Positions 19,370-29,444 of a DNA stretch of 64,000 bases are shown here, in pieces. Origin of the DNA: Calditrichia bacterium (GTDB lineage: Bacteria; Calditrichota; Calditrichia; JAJRVZ01). The DNA lies in the NCBI GenBank assembly GCA_963777955.1, contig CAVZSQ010000013.1:416001-480000 (forward strand). The letters are read 5' to 3'. A program made the translations under genes and the position numbers. Under the pieces are notes generated by a model that saw only the letters and a list, made by a program, of their open reading frames with translations, was not told the origin of the DNA and searched no databases. The first letter of the stretch is position 1; each line of letters begins with the position of its first letter.

Positions 19370-20716
19370 ATGAAAACGATTATCGAACCCTTCCGCATCA
19401 AAGCCGTTGAACCAATCTCCATGACTACCCGGGAACAGCGGGAAAACTTCATACGCGCCGCTCATTATAACTTGTTCAACCTGCGCAGCAATACCGTCAT
19501 AATCGACCTGCTGACCGATAGTGGGACCAGCGCCATGTCTGCCGGGCAATGGGCGGCCATGTGCCGGGGGGATGAAAGTTATGCCGGCAGTGAAAGTTTT
19601 TATAACTTTTACCAGGCGGTATCTGAAATCATGCCTTTCCGGCATATTATTCCCACCCATCAGGGCCGTGCTGCTGAAAAAATATTATTTTCAGTAATTG
19701 GGGGAAAAGGCAGAAAGATCCCCAATAACACTCACTTTGACACTACCAGGGCCAATATTGAATTCAGCGGAGCAGAAGCGATTGACCTGGTGATTGGCGA
19801 AGCCAGGGATCCGGCTTTGTTATATCCATTCAAAGGAAATATGGATATTGATAAATTGCGAAATTTTATCAATAAAACCGGAGCGAAAAATATTCCCTGT
19901 GTAATGCTGACTCTGACCAATAATTCCGGTGGCGGACAACCTGTTTCCATGCAGAATATCCGGGAAGTGAGCACAATCTGTAAAAATTACGGCCTGCCTC
20001 TGATCATCGATGCCTGCCGGTTTGCTGAGAACGCCTATTTTATTAAAATCCGGGAGCAAGGATTTGCTGAGCGTACTGTCAAAGAAATCTGCCAGGAAAT
20101 TTTTTCATACGCCGACGGTTGCACCATGAGTGCTAAAAAAGATGGTTTGGCCAATATCGGAGGTTTCCTGTGTCTGAATAATGACGACTGGGCTGCCCAG
20201 GCCCGCAACTTGCTGATTTTAACCGAAGGTTTTTTGACCTATGGCGGACTCGCCGGTCGTGATCTGGAAGCCATTGCCACGGGATTGCATGAAGTTTTAC
20301 ATGAGGATTATTTGCATTATCGCATTCGTTCTACAGCATACCTGGGCGAGAAGATTTCAGCTGCCGGAGTGCCCATTGTTCAACCGGTGGGCGGGCATGC
20401 TGTTTACATTGATGCCAGATCTATGCTGCCACACATACCTGTGCAGCAATTTCCGGGACAATCGCTGGCGGTGGAATTATATCTGGCCGGCGGAATCCGC
20501 GGCTGCGAAATCGGCTCGGTCATGTTCGGTAAAAATGCACAATTGGAATTGGTACGTTTGGCCATTCCCAGAAGAGTATATACTCAGAGCCACATTGACT
20601 ATGTGGTCGAAGTTATATTAAATGTATTTGAAATGCGTTCACAATTACGTGGAATGAAAATAACCTGGCAGCCGGAAGTTTTGCGTCATTTTACCGCCCA
20701 TTTTGATTATGTCTGA
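19370..20716 (+). CDS. tnaA: Tryptophanase (PLP-dependent beta-eliminating lyase)
   Basis: 'EPFRIKAVE', 'DLLTDSGT', PLP-Lys motif 'MSAKKD' and C-terminal 'LRHFTA' (tyrosine phenol-lyase has SGKKD and LRFFTA). Confidence 0.88.
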   Translation: MKTIIEPFRIKAVEPISMTTREQRENFIRAAHYNLFNLRSNTVIIDLLTDSGTSAMSAGQWAAMCRGDESYAGSESFYNFYQAVSEIMPFRHIIPTHQGRAAEKILFSVIGGKGRKIPNNTHFDTTRANIEFSGAEAIDLVIGEARDPALLYPFKGNMDIDKLRNFINKTGAKNIPCVMLTLTNNSGGGQPVSMQNIREVSTICKNYGLPLIIDACRFAENAYFIKIREQGFAERTVKEICQEIFSYADGCTMSAKKDGLANIGGFLCLNNDDWAAQARNLLILTEGFLTYGGLAGRDLEAIATGLHEVLHEDYLHYRIRSTAYLGEKISAAGVPIVQPVGGHAVYIDARSMLPHIPVQQFPGQSLAVELYLAGGIRGCEIGSVMFGKNAQLELVRLAIPRRVYTQSHIDYVVEVILNVFEMRSQLRGMKITWQPEVLRHFTAHFDYV

Positions 20717-20808
20717 TTAACATCATTTGGACCATTTTAAATTAATTTTACTAATTATTATGTCGAAATATACTGATAGAGACCAGTATCACTGCTAAGG
20801 AAGACTTT

Positions 20809-22044
20809 ATGGCCGAGCGCAAAGAAAAATTACAACGGATTATCCAAATAGGAATTGAGGTTGCTCAAATCAAGGATCTGGATATATTGTTGGAAAAAAT
20901 CCTGAGTGAAGCACGGTCTTTGGTTAATGCAGACGCCGGATCTATTTATATTAAAGAAGATAATACGTTAAAATTCAGTTATACACAGAATGAAACCCTG
21001 CGCCAAAAAATAGGACCAGGGAAAAAATTGATCTATACAACCTTCTCCATGCCTATTACCAACAGGTCAATAGCCGGGTCAGTAGCTTTAAGCGGGGAGT
21101 TATTGAACATTGCCGATGCCTACAAAATACCCAAGACCTCTTCTTTCGGATTTGACAGCAGCTACGACAAGAAAGCCGGTTATGAGACCCATTCCATGCT
21201 GACCGTACCGTTGAAAAATAACCGCGGTGACATTATTGGTGTACTGCAGTTGATTAATGCCCAGAACGAGAATAAAAAAATCATACCCTTTAACGCCGAA
21301 GATGAATTATTAATAAAACCTTTTGCCATGTATGCCGCGGTGGCTATTGAACGTGCCCAGTTAACCCGTACCACGATTTTACGCATGATCAGTATGGCAG
21401 AATTACGGGATCCCAAAGAGACTGGTGCTCATGTAAACCGCGTTGCTTCGTACGCACTTGAAATATACGAATACTGGGCACACAAGCGGGGAATTCTCCA
21501 GGACGAGATCGATAAATACCGCGACTCCTTCCGTATGGCCGCCATGTTGCACGATGTGGGCAAGGTGGCAATATCCGATACGATCCTGAAGAAACCCGGA
21601 CGGTTTACCGAGGAAGAACATGACATTATTAAGCAGCACACCATTGAAGGGGCTAAATTATTCAGCGGCGCCCGTTCTGATTTTGACGAGATTGCTGCCG
21701 ATGTGGCTTTGAATCATCATGAAAAATGGGATGGTACCGGGTATCCCGGTTTCATAGATATCCAAACGTGTAAAGCCTTAACCGGATATGAAACCAAGGA
21801 GGGGAAACCGCGTCCGAAGAAAGGTGAAGAGATCCCGCTGTATGGCCGGATTGTTGCCCTGGCCGATGTCTATGATGCCCTGTCCTCCAAACGTTCCTAC
21901 AAGGAAGCCTGGAATGAAGATCAGGTGCTGCAGACGATAAAAAATGATCGCGGTAAACATTTTGATCCTGTACTGGTAGATTGTTTTTTTGAAATCCTCG
22001 ATGTAATCCATTCCATTGCCAATCGCTATCCGGATAAAGCCTAG
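20809..22044 (+). CDS. GAF + HD-GYP cyclic-dinucleotide phosphodiesterase
   Basis: GAF 'ADAGSIY...SIAG...YETHSMLTVPL...GVLQLINA'; 'RDPKETGAHVNRV', 'LHDVGK', 'HHEKWDGTGYP', 'ADVYDAL'. Confidence 0.92.
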   Translation: MAERKEKLQRIIQIGIEVAQIKDLDILLEKILSEARSLVNADAGSIYIKEDNTLKFSYTQNETLRQKIGPGKKLIYTTFSMPITNRSIAGSVALSGELLNIADAYKIPKTSSFGFDSSYDKKAGYETHSMLTVPLKNNRGDIIGVLQLINAQNENKKIIPFNAEDELLIKPFAMYAAVAIERAQLTRTTILRMISMAELRDPKETGAHVNRVASYALEIYEYWAHKRGILQDEIDKYRDSFRMAAMLHDVGKVAISDTILKKPGRFTEEEHDIIKQHTIEGAKLFSGARSDFDEIAADVALNHHEKWDGTGYPGFIDIQTCKALTGYETKEGKPRPKKGEEIPLYGRIVALADVYDALSSKRSYKEAWNEDQVLQTIKNDRGKHFDPVLVDCFFEILDVIHSIANRYPDKA

Positions 22045-22055
22045 GGGCCGATTCA

Positions 22056-22083
22056 GTAGGGGCAATTCATGAATTGCCCCTAC
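22056..22083. repeat. GTAG-type REP, perfect 28-bp palindrome
   Basis: GTAGGGGCAATTCA/TGAATTGCCCCTAC. Confidence 0.9.
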
Positions 22084-22139
22084 ATAAATTGTCCCTGCAG
22101 GAATTGCCCTTACCTGAATTACCTCTGTTATATATATGC

Positions 22140-22418
22140 TCATTTTATGTTAATCGGATTATTCTCATCATCTAGCCACTGTCGCGGATTATTTTTAATA
22201 TATCTTCTAATTTGAATTAATTCGCTTTCATCACGGATCATATGCTCATAATAATTTCGTTGCCATAATTTGATACCCGGAGTATTCTGCAATTGATTTA
22301 CAAATTTGGTGGATTGATATTTAAAATATGCAATTATTTTCCCCAATGTTGGGTAAAATTTATCCAATTTTTTAGACATTTGTAGTAGGGGCGCGGTAAC
22401 CGCGCCCCTACGACACAC
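22140..22418 (-). pseudogene. 5'-truncated REP-associated tyrosine transposase (RAYT/IS200-like Y1) remnant
   Basis: C-terminal RAYT motifs 'PTLGKIIAYFKYQSTK...LWQRNYYEHMIRDESEL..IRRYIKNNPRQW'; no N-terminal HUH motif visible; REPs on both sides. Confidence 0.85.
22385..22411. repeat. GTAG-type REP palindrome at the 5' edge of the RAYT remnant
   Basis: GTAGGGGCGCGGT-a-ACCGCGCCCCTAC. Confidence 0.9.
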
Positions 22419-22551
22419 CGAAATCGAACCCCCACACCGAATCCCAATCCCACTCCATATATATCTCTCCAGGCATTTATATCTACATATTTCATGCCAC
22501 GGGCATATTTATCCATTTATTAAAAAAACATAAAAAATCCCTTATTTTTTC

Positions 22552-22606
22552 TTGATTTAAGCCGAAAAATCTATTAGAATTGTGGAACGATTTTCCTTAA
22601 AGTGGA
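22552..22606 (+). promoter_or_regulatory. dcw/mraZ promoter with possible MraZ boxes
   Basis: TTGATT (22552-22557)-N17-TAGAAT (22575-22580); GTGGA repeats at 22582 and 22602. Confidence 0.6.
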
Positions 22607-22621
22607 GAGAATTCCCTGAAT

Positions 22622-23092
22622 ATGGCAGTAAATGATTTTTCCGGCGAGTTTCATTTCAGTTTAGATTCTAAAAAGCGGATCAGCATACCTTCGGCGATGC
22701 GTAAAATGCTGGCCCCGGAAGCAGAAGGGGTTCTGGTATTTACCCGCGGTTTCGAAGGTTGCGTCTATGTCTACCCTAACGATGAATGGAAACGCCTCAC
22801 TAAAAAACTGAATTCACTGGATAGTTTTAATGTTAAAGTACGTGATTTCATCCGCCTGTTCGTTGGCCCGGCTTTCAAGACCGTCATGGATAATCAGGGC
22901 CGGGTTTTATTACCTGATACGATCCTGCAAATGGCTAAAATTGATAAAGATATTCTGTTGCTCGGTTCACTGAATAAATGGGAATTGTGGAATCCTCTTC
23001 TGTATACGAAATATATGCAAGATAACAATCCATCTATGGAGAATCTGGCGCAAGATATTAATTTTAGCGCAATATTTAAAAATGACGATTAA
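22622..23092 (+). CDS. mraZ: Division/cell wall cluster transcriptional repressor MraZ
   Basis: 'FSGEFHFSLDSKKRISIP', 'MDNQGRVLLP', 'WELWNP'; first gene of the dcw cluster. Confidence 0.95.
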   Translation: MAVNDFSGEFHFSLDSKKRISIPSAMRKMLAPEAEGVLVFTRGFEGCVYVYPNDEWKRLTKKLNSLDSFNVKVRDFIRLFVGPAFKTVMDNQGRVLLPDTILQMAKIDKDILLLGSLNKWELWNPLLYTKYMQDNNPSMENLAQDINFSAIFKNDD

Positions 23093-24029
23093 TACCTATT
23101 CCACTTATCACATTCCCGTACTGCAGAAGGAGGTTGCATCTTATTTAATTACCAATCCTGAAGGCATATACGTTGATGGAACGGTCGGTGGAGGTGGTCA
23201 TGCTGAATATATACTTAAGAATTTTAAAGAAATAGACCGGTATGTGGCAATCGACCAGGATCAACATGCCCTGCACTTTTCAACTAAACGGTTGCAGCCC
23301 TTCGACCACCGGAAAATAAGTTTCCATCAAACCAATTTCAGCCAGATTGACCAGGTTCTGGCCGAACTGAAATTGCCGACTGTCGATGGGATCCTGCTCG
23401 ATCTGGGCGTGGCCAGTGCCCAGATCGAACAACCTGAACGGGGGTTCAGTTATATGCAGGCCTGTCCACTGGACATGCGTATGAATCAACAGAATAAACT
23501 GACTGCTACGGATATTGTTAACTATTGGACGGAACAGGATTTGACGCGGATTTTTACAGAATACGGCGAAGAACATAAAGCCAGGCAAATTGCCCGGCAG
23601 ATTGTCCGGCACCGTAGCACTACCGGGCAATTAACGACCAGCGAACAATTGAAAAAAATTATTGATCAGGTAAGTACACGGCAACAGGCCATTAAAAGTT
23701 ATGCCAGAATTTTCCAGGCTTTACGCATTGCTGTCAATGATGAGTTGAATCAGCTTGAATCGTTCCTGCAAAAATCATTGAACTTTTTAAAATCCGGAGG
23801 CCGGCTGGTTATCATTGCTTATCATTCCCTGGAAGACCGCCTGGTGAAAAATTTTTTTGTTACCCAGATGCGGCCCTGTACCTGTCCGCCGGAATTTCCG
23901 GTCTGTATCTGCGGGAAAAAAGCAACATTGAAAATTATTACCAAAAAACCGGTCCGCGCCGGTCAGCAGGAGATTGCCGCTAATATTCGCGCACGCAGTG
24001 CTCATCTCCGGGTTGGAGAAAAACTGTGA
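23082..24029 (+). CDS. rsmH: 16S rRNA m4C1402 methyltransferase
   Basis: 'HIPVL', 'VDGTVGGGGH', 'DLGV', 'FQALRIAVNDEL', 'YHSLEDRLVK'. Confidence 0.97.
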   Translation: MTINTYSTYHIPVLQKEVASYLITNPEGIYVDGTVGGGGHAEYILKNFKEIDRYVAIDQDQHALHFSTKRLQPFDHRKISFHQTNFSQIDQVLAELKLPTVDGILLDLGVASAQIEQPERGFSYMQACPLDMRMNQQNKLTATDIVNYWTEQDLTRIFTEYGEEHKARQIARQIVRHRSTTGQLTTSEQLKKIIDQVSTRQQAIKSYARIFQALRIAVNDELNQLESFLQKSLNFLKSGGRLVIIAYHSLEDRLVKNFFVTQMRPCTCPPEFPVCICGKKATLKIITKKPVRAGQQEIAANIRARSAHLRVGEKL

Positions 24030-24409
24030 GACATACTGCTAAGAAACAAAAAAAAGATAAACTGCTTAATCTGCTCATCCACCCGTTTAAATTCTATCTG
24101 CGGATTCTGCTGGTGGTTATAACCGTGGGCATCTATCAATACCAGTCCATTCGTATTGACATCCTGGCCAGAGAAATCCGCAGCCTGGAATTCAAACGCG
24201 ACCAGTTGATTAATGATAAGGCGACCATTCAAATCCAGATAGATCAACTCACTCATCTCAGCCGGATTGAAAAAATAGCCAGGGAAAAATTCGGCCTGGT
24301 CAGTCCGGGACAGGAAATAGAGCGCATCGTAATAAAAAAATATGATTCCGGAAACAAATACAATTCCAGTAAGAACGGCCCAAAATTAAAATTAGCCGGG
24401 GTGCAATAA
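24026..24409 (+). CDS. ftsL: Cell division protein FtsL
   Basis: Single TM, coiled coil, 'SRIEKIAREKFGL'; lies between rsmH and ftsI. Confidence 0.85.
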   Translation: MRHTAKKQKKDKLLNLLIHPFKFYLRILLVVITVGIYQYQSIRIDILAREIRSLEFKRDQLINDKATIQIQIDQLTHLSRIEKIAREKFGLVSPGQEIERIVIKKYDSGNKYNSSKNGPKLKLAGVQ

Positions 24410-24410
24410 G

Positions 24411-26468
24411 GTGAATCAGTTCGCCGATATCAAATTCAAACGCATTTACTATATTGCTGCGGGATTGGTACTGCTGTGGGTGCTATTGGAGATTCGTTTA
24501 TTTAAAATCCAAATCCTGCAACATAATTTTTATGTTGAACACAGCCAGCAGCAGTCGGCCAAAAAAATACAATTGATAGCAAAACGCGGCGAAATCTTTG
24601 ACCGTAACGGGGCCTGCCTGGCTGCCAATTTAATTCATTATGATTTCGGCGTAGACCTGAGCCGGGTTGAGAATCGTGAATTGATTGCCCGAAACTTCGC
24701 CGATATCTTCGACAAACCAAAATCATCGTATTTGAAAAAAATGCGTTCAGAACGGGATTTTGTTTACCTGGAACGTAAAGTAACCGAAGCACTGGCCCTC
24801 AAAATCGACCGGATAAAGGATCCGGGATTGGTAAAGTTCGAAGGATACCGGCGCTATTATCCGTTCGGCAGATGCGCCAGTCAGGTAATCGGTTTCACCG
24901 ATGTGGATGATAAAGGGGCAAATGGCCTGGAAATGCAATATCAGGATCAATTGGCCGGGAAAAATGGCTGGACCTATTTAACCGCCGATGCCCTCAGAAG
25001 ATTCTTCCAAAATGTCGATTTACCTCATGAAGATCCCCAGGCCGGTATCAGCCTGCAGCTGACCATTGATAAAGATTTTCAGACTATTGTCGAAGAAGAA
25101 CTCGACCGCAGTGTACGCAACCTGAACGCCCATTCAGGACTTGCCGTTCTGCTGAATCCCAACAGCGGTGAAATACTGGCCATGTATTCCAGTCCCGGCT
25201 ATAATCCCAACGATCCCGGTGAATCCACATCAGAGCAACGTAAAAATCGGGCTATTATGGATATTTTTGAGCCCGGTTCCACTTTTAAAATCTTTCCGGC
25301 TGCGGCTCTCTTACAGGAGGGATTGAAGAAACCCGGCGATATGGTCTTTTGTGAGAACGGCAATTACCGGGTATATAAACATAATATCAACGATCATCAG
25401 AGATATGGCTGGTTATCGTTCAGAAAAGTAATCCAAAATTCCTCGAATATCGGTATGGCCAAATTGACCATCGACCTGCCCAAAAATCAATTTTATAAGT
25501 ACCTGAAAAATTTCGGCTTTGATTCACCTACCGGTATCGATATAGCTGGAGAAGCCGGTGGAATATTAACCCGCCCGGAAAAATTTTCAGGGCTTTCCAA
25601 AGCAGTCATCTCTTTCGGCCAGGAAGTCGGCGTGACTGCAATTCAAATTGTTACCGCCTATGCGGCGGTGATTAATGGCGGTCATTTACCCCGTCCATTC
25701 ATCATACAAAAGACAGTGGATGAAGACGGTGATGTGCTTAATGAGAATGAATCCCGGATCGTCCGCCAGGTGCTTAATGAAAAAATCAGCCGGACTCTGA
25801 AAGAATTCATGCTGGATGTGGTACAGAATGGCACCGGACAGAAAGCAGCCATACCCGGAATACGAATCGGAGGTAAAACCGGCACCGCACAAAAATATGA
25901 TTACCAGGCTAAACGTTATGTTCCGAATAATTACCTGTCTTCATTTATCGGATTCGCTCCTTATGATCACCCGGAATATGTTCTGGGCATTTTTATAGAC
26001 GCGCCCAGACTGAAATATTACGGCGGTGATGTTGCCGCTCCGGTTTTCGCTGCAATCCTGGGGCGCATACTGGGTTTTACCCCGACTGAGAGTACTGCAC
26101 CGGAAGCCGAGCTTAAGATTGCCAAAGCCAATCAGTCGATTCCTAATTTGCAGGGATTCCCTTTTTCAGCAATCGAAGAATACCTGGAAATCAAAGATGT
26201 GGATTATGTTGTCCAGGGTGAAGGGACTCATGTTTTATCCCAGACAAATAATGAAAATGAAGTTAAACTTGTTTTAGGTGTCCCTGAAATAAAAGAAAAA
26301 GTTATCCCCAATCTGCGCGGCCTGACCGTTCGTGAATCTTTTAAGCATATTGATTTTTCCAGAGTAAGGGTGCGGATTGTCGGCCACGGCAGAGTAGTTG
26401 AACAATCGATTAAACCGGGAACCGCCGTGGCTAAAGGGAGTGAGTTGATCCTCACCTGCAGCCGCTGA
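24411..26468 (+). CDS. ftsI: Class B penicillin-binding protein (PBP3) with PASTA domain
   Basis: 'RGEIFDRNG', 'EPGSTFK', 'SSN', 'KTGT'; C-terminal PASTA. Confidence 0.95.
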   Translation: MNQFADIKFKRIYYIAAGLVLLWVLLEIRLFKIQILQHNFYVEHSQQQSAKKIQLIAKRGEIFDRNGACLAANLIHYDFGVDLSRVENRELIARNFADIFDKPKSSYLKKMRSERDFVYLERKVTEALALKIDRIKDPGLVKFEGYRRYYPFGRCASQVIGFTDVDDKGANGLEMQYQDQLAGKNGWTYLTADALRRFFQNVDLPHEDPQAGISLQLTIDKDFQTIVEEELDRSVRNLNAHSGLAVLLNPNSGEILAMYSSPGYNPNDPGESTSEQRKNRAIMDIFEPGSTFKIFPAAALLQEGLKKPGDMVFCENGNYRVYKHNINDHQRYGWLSFRKVIQNSSNIGMAKLTIDLPKNQFYKYLKNFGFDSPTGIDIAGEAGGILTRPEKFSGLSKAVISFGQEVGVTAIQIVTAYAAVINGGHLPRPFIIQKTVDEDGDVLNENESRIVRQVLNEKISRTLKEFMLDVVQNGTGQKAAIPGIRIGGKTGTAQKYDYQAKRYVPNNYLSSFIGFAPYDHPEYVLGIFIDAPRLKYYGGDVAAPVFAAILGRILGFTPTESTAPEAELKIAKANQSIPNLQGFPFSAIEEYLEIKDVDYVVQGEGTHVLSQTNNENEVKLVLGVPEIKEKVIPNLRGLTVRESFKHIDFSRVRVRIVGHGRVVEQSIKPGTAVAKGSELILTCSR

Positions 26469-26482
26469 GTATCAGGATACCT

Positions 26483-27937
26483 ATGAAAACAAAAAATCTG
26501 AAAGAAATACTGGACGGAATTGAATTTACGGAAAAGACCAGGATCAGGGACTGTCCGATTAATCAGATTGTCTATGATTCCCGTAAAGTAAATCCACAAA
26601 GTCTATTTATTGCCATTAAAGGATTTAAGTCCGATGGACACAATTTTTTAAAACAAATCGCCGCTCAGGGTGTGGCCGCGGCAATTGTTGAACATAAAGA
26701 TCCCCAGGTACAGATCGATCAATATCCGGTTAAAGATACCCGCCTGGAAATGGCCCGCATTGCTGCTAACTTTTTTAATCCGGAGTTGGCAAAAGTCAAA
26801 CTGGTAGGTATCACCGGTACCAACGGTAAAACAACCACCTCTTACCTGGTCCGTTCGATCATGGAAAATGCCGGTCTTAAAAGCGGCTTGATCGGAACCA
26901 TCAGTTACCAGGTATCCGAACAAGCCATTAAAGCCTGGAACACCACACCGGAATCAGTGGATCTGTGCAAAATGATCTACGAAATGTACGCAAAAAATCA
27001 GCGCGGCTGTGTACTGGAAGTCTCATCCCATGCCCTGGCCCTTAAACGGGTGGAATACCTGAAATTTGCCGTTGGCGTTTTTACCAATCTTACCCAGGAT
27101 CATCTTGATTTTCATGTTGACATGGAAGACTATTATACTGCCAAGAAACATCTCTTCACCCTGCTGGATCCAAAAGGCCAGGCCGTGATCAACAGCGATG
27201 ATCCTTACGGTAAACGGCTTTGTCAGGAGTTACCGCCGGATGATCTGCTCGATTTTGGTTTCACAACTGAGGCTAAAGTACATCCCCTGAACTGGGAGAA
27301 TACAATCTCCGGCCTTCATCTCAGCGTGCAGACTCCGGTCGGAGATATTGAAATTAATTCGACTTTAATCGGGAAATTCAACATCGAAAATATACTGGCT
27401 GCAATAGCTGCCGGTCTGGCTCTGAATTATGATCTTAAAACCATCCAGGCCGGCATAGAAAAAATTAAAGCCGTACCGGGCCGGTTGGAAATTATCAGAA
27501 CTCCCCAGGCTAAATCGATTGTGGTTGATTATGCCCATACCCCCGATGCCCTGGAGAAAGCCTTGCTGGTATTGAGTCAATTGACCCGTAACGAATTGTG
27601 GGTCGTTTTCGGGTGCGGCGGAAACAGGGATAAAACCAAAAGACCGATTATGGGATCTATTGCAGAGAAAATTGCCGACCGGGTGGTGGTTACCTCGGAC
27701 AATCCCAGGTTTGAATCACCTCAGGATATTGTCAATGAAATCCTGATCGGTTTTTCAACGCTGCAAAATGTATATGTAGAAATAAACCGCCGGGCTGCAA
27801 TCGCCTACGCCCTGGAAAATTCCAAACCCGGTGATACCATTTTGATAGCCGGCAAGGGTCACGAAGATTATCAGGAAATCCAGGGAGTGAAATATCCATT
27901 TGATGACCGGAACATTATTAAAGAGTTGATCCAATGA
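26483..27937 (+). CDS. murE: UDP-MurNAc-tripeptide synthetase (meso-DAP ligase)
   Basis: 'GITGTNGKTT', 'EVSSH', 'DYAHTPD', 'DNPR', 'AGKGHE'. Confidence 0.97.
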   Translation: MKTKNLKEILDGIEFTEKTRIRDCPINQIVYDSRKVNPQSLFIAIKGFKSDGHNFLKQIAAQGVAAAIVEHKDPQVQIDQYPVKDTRLEMARIAANFFNPELAKVKLVGITGTNGKTTTSYLVRSIMENAGLKSGLIGTISYQVSEQAIKAWNTTPESVDLCKMIYEMYAKNQRGCVLEVSSHALALKRVEYLKFAVGVFTNLTQDHLDFHVDMEDYYTAKKHLFTLLDPKGQAVINSDDPYGKRLCQELPPDDLLDFGFTTEAKVHPLNWENTISGLHLSVQTPVGDIEINSTLIGKFNIENILAAIAAGLALNYDLKTIQAGIEKIKAVPGRLEIIRTPQAKSIVVDYAHTPDALEKALLVLSQLTRNELWVVFGCGGNRDKTKRPIMGSIAEKIADRVVVTSDNPRFESPQDIVNEILIGFSTLQNVYVEINRRAAIAYALENSKPGDTILIAGKGHEDYQEIQGVKYPFDDRNIIKELIQ

Positions 27938-29316
27938 ATTATCTCTGTTTAGCGGATTTCCGGCAATTGACCGAGGCGCAGATCCTGAACCAGCCTGCTG
28001 AACAGGAATTTAGCAGGCCGAGCCGGGGTATCTCCATCGATAGTCGTTCTCTGAAGGCAAATCAGATATTCTGGGCGCTCAAGGGAGAAAAGTTTGACGC
28101 TCACGACTTCATTATCGATGCAGTGAAAAACGGAGCAGCAGCTGTGGTTATCGACCGTAAACATGCCAATGCCGCCGGCAATATGGGCGTACCTGCCATA
28201 GTTGTACCGGACACACTGCTGGCCCTGCAGAAAATGGCCAGTCTGCATCGTAAAAAATTTGACATCCCCATTGTAGCCATTACCGGTACAAACGGTAAAA
28301 CTACTACCAAAGAGATGCTGGCCTGGATCCTGCAATCAAAATACAATGTGCATAAGACCTGGGGTAACCTCAATAACCATATCGGAGTACCCTTAACCCT
28401 ATTGCATTTGACCACTGCGCATCAGATCTCTGTCATAGAAATGGGCACCAACCATCCCGGAGAAATCGCTTTGCTCGGCTCTCTGGTTGAACCGACCGTT
28501 GGTTTGATTACCAATATCGGGCGTGGTCATTTAGAATTTTTTGAAACTATTGAAGGAGTGGCCAGAGAAAAACTGGATCTATTCAAATGCACCAGATCTG
28601 CTGGCCTCCTTATCGTAAATAAAGACGATAATTATCTCGGTGCATATTCATCCTCCGGCCACTCCTTTTTTACTTATTCCTTTCAGGAAAAAGTAACAGC
28701 CGACGTGCATGGAAAATTCATCAACCTGACTGATGAGGGTAGCGGAATCTGGGAACTTAACCGTAAAGCGATCATCACCATGCAGGTTACCGGCCGGCAT
28801 AATGTACAGAATGCTCTGGCCGCCAGCACTGTTGCCCTTTATCTCGGTATCGGTGAAACAGAGATCAAAGCGGCGCTGGAAAAATATCATCCCTACGATA
28901 AACGGATGCAGCTTATCAGAAATGGGAACTGGACTATCATTAACGACAGTTATAATGCGAATCCTGATTCGTTTATACCGGCGTTAGAAACTCTGCTGCA
29001 TATGGCCGAAAAACAAACCTGCCGGAAAATCCTCGTGCTGGGCGATATGCTGGAATTGGGGAAAAACAGCCGGCATTTGCATCTGGAAATACTGCAACAG
29101 GCTCATTCTGCCGGAGTTAATGGTATATTTACCCTTGGTGAATCATTCCGCCAGGCCGCCAAAAATATCAAGCTAAAAGCACCCGGTAAGATTTATTCCT
29201 TCTTATCCCATCAGGAACTCAGCTGGGCTTTAAAAAAATTCATTGAACCCGGTGATATTATCCTGCTAAAAGGGTCACGAGGAATGCAAATGGAAAAAAT
29301 TTTATCATTCCTCTAA
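27934..29316 (+). CDS. murF: UDP-MurNAc-pentapeptide synthetase
   Basis: 'GNLNNHIGVP', 'EMGTNHPGEI', 'DSYNANP', 'KGSRG'. Confidence 0.97.
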   Translation: MNYLCLADFRQLTEAQILNQPAEQEFSRPSRGISIDSRSLKANQIFWALKGEKFDAHDFIIDAVKNGAAAVVIDRKHANAAGNMGVPAIVVPDTLLALQKMASLHRKKFDIPIVAITGTNGKTTTKEMLAWILQSKYNVHKTWGNLNNHIGVPLTLLHLTTAHQISVIEMGTNHPGEIALLGSLVEPTVGLITNIGRGHLEFFETIEGVAREKLDLFKCTRSAGLLIVNKDDNYLGAYSSSGHSFFTYSFQEKVTADVHGKFINLTDEGSGIWELNRKAIITMQVTGRHNVQNALAASTVALYLGIGETEIKAALEKYHPYDKRMQLIRNGNWTIINDSYNANPDSFIPALETLLHMAEKQTCRKILVLGDMLELGKNSRHLHLEILQQAHSAGVNGIFTLGESFRQAAKNIKLKAPGKIYSFLSHQELSWALKKFIEPGDIILLKGSRGMQMEKILSFL

Positions 29317-29444
29317 AAAATAACAGGGCCTGATCAGCAATCAACAGGTCCGGGAGAGAAGCAATGAACCTGAAATTAAAAATGAAGATTAAAATCAAGA
29401 TATTTCAGAAGACACCCAAATAATAGCCATAGACTGGGAAAAAG

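Noticed and set aside
19370..20716. Tyrosine phenol-lyase call
   Set aside because: SAKKD and LRHFT motifs favour tryptophanase.
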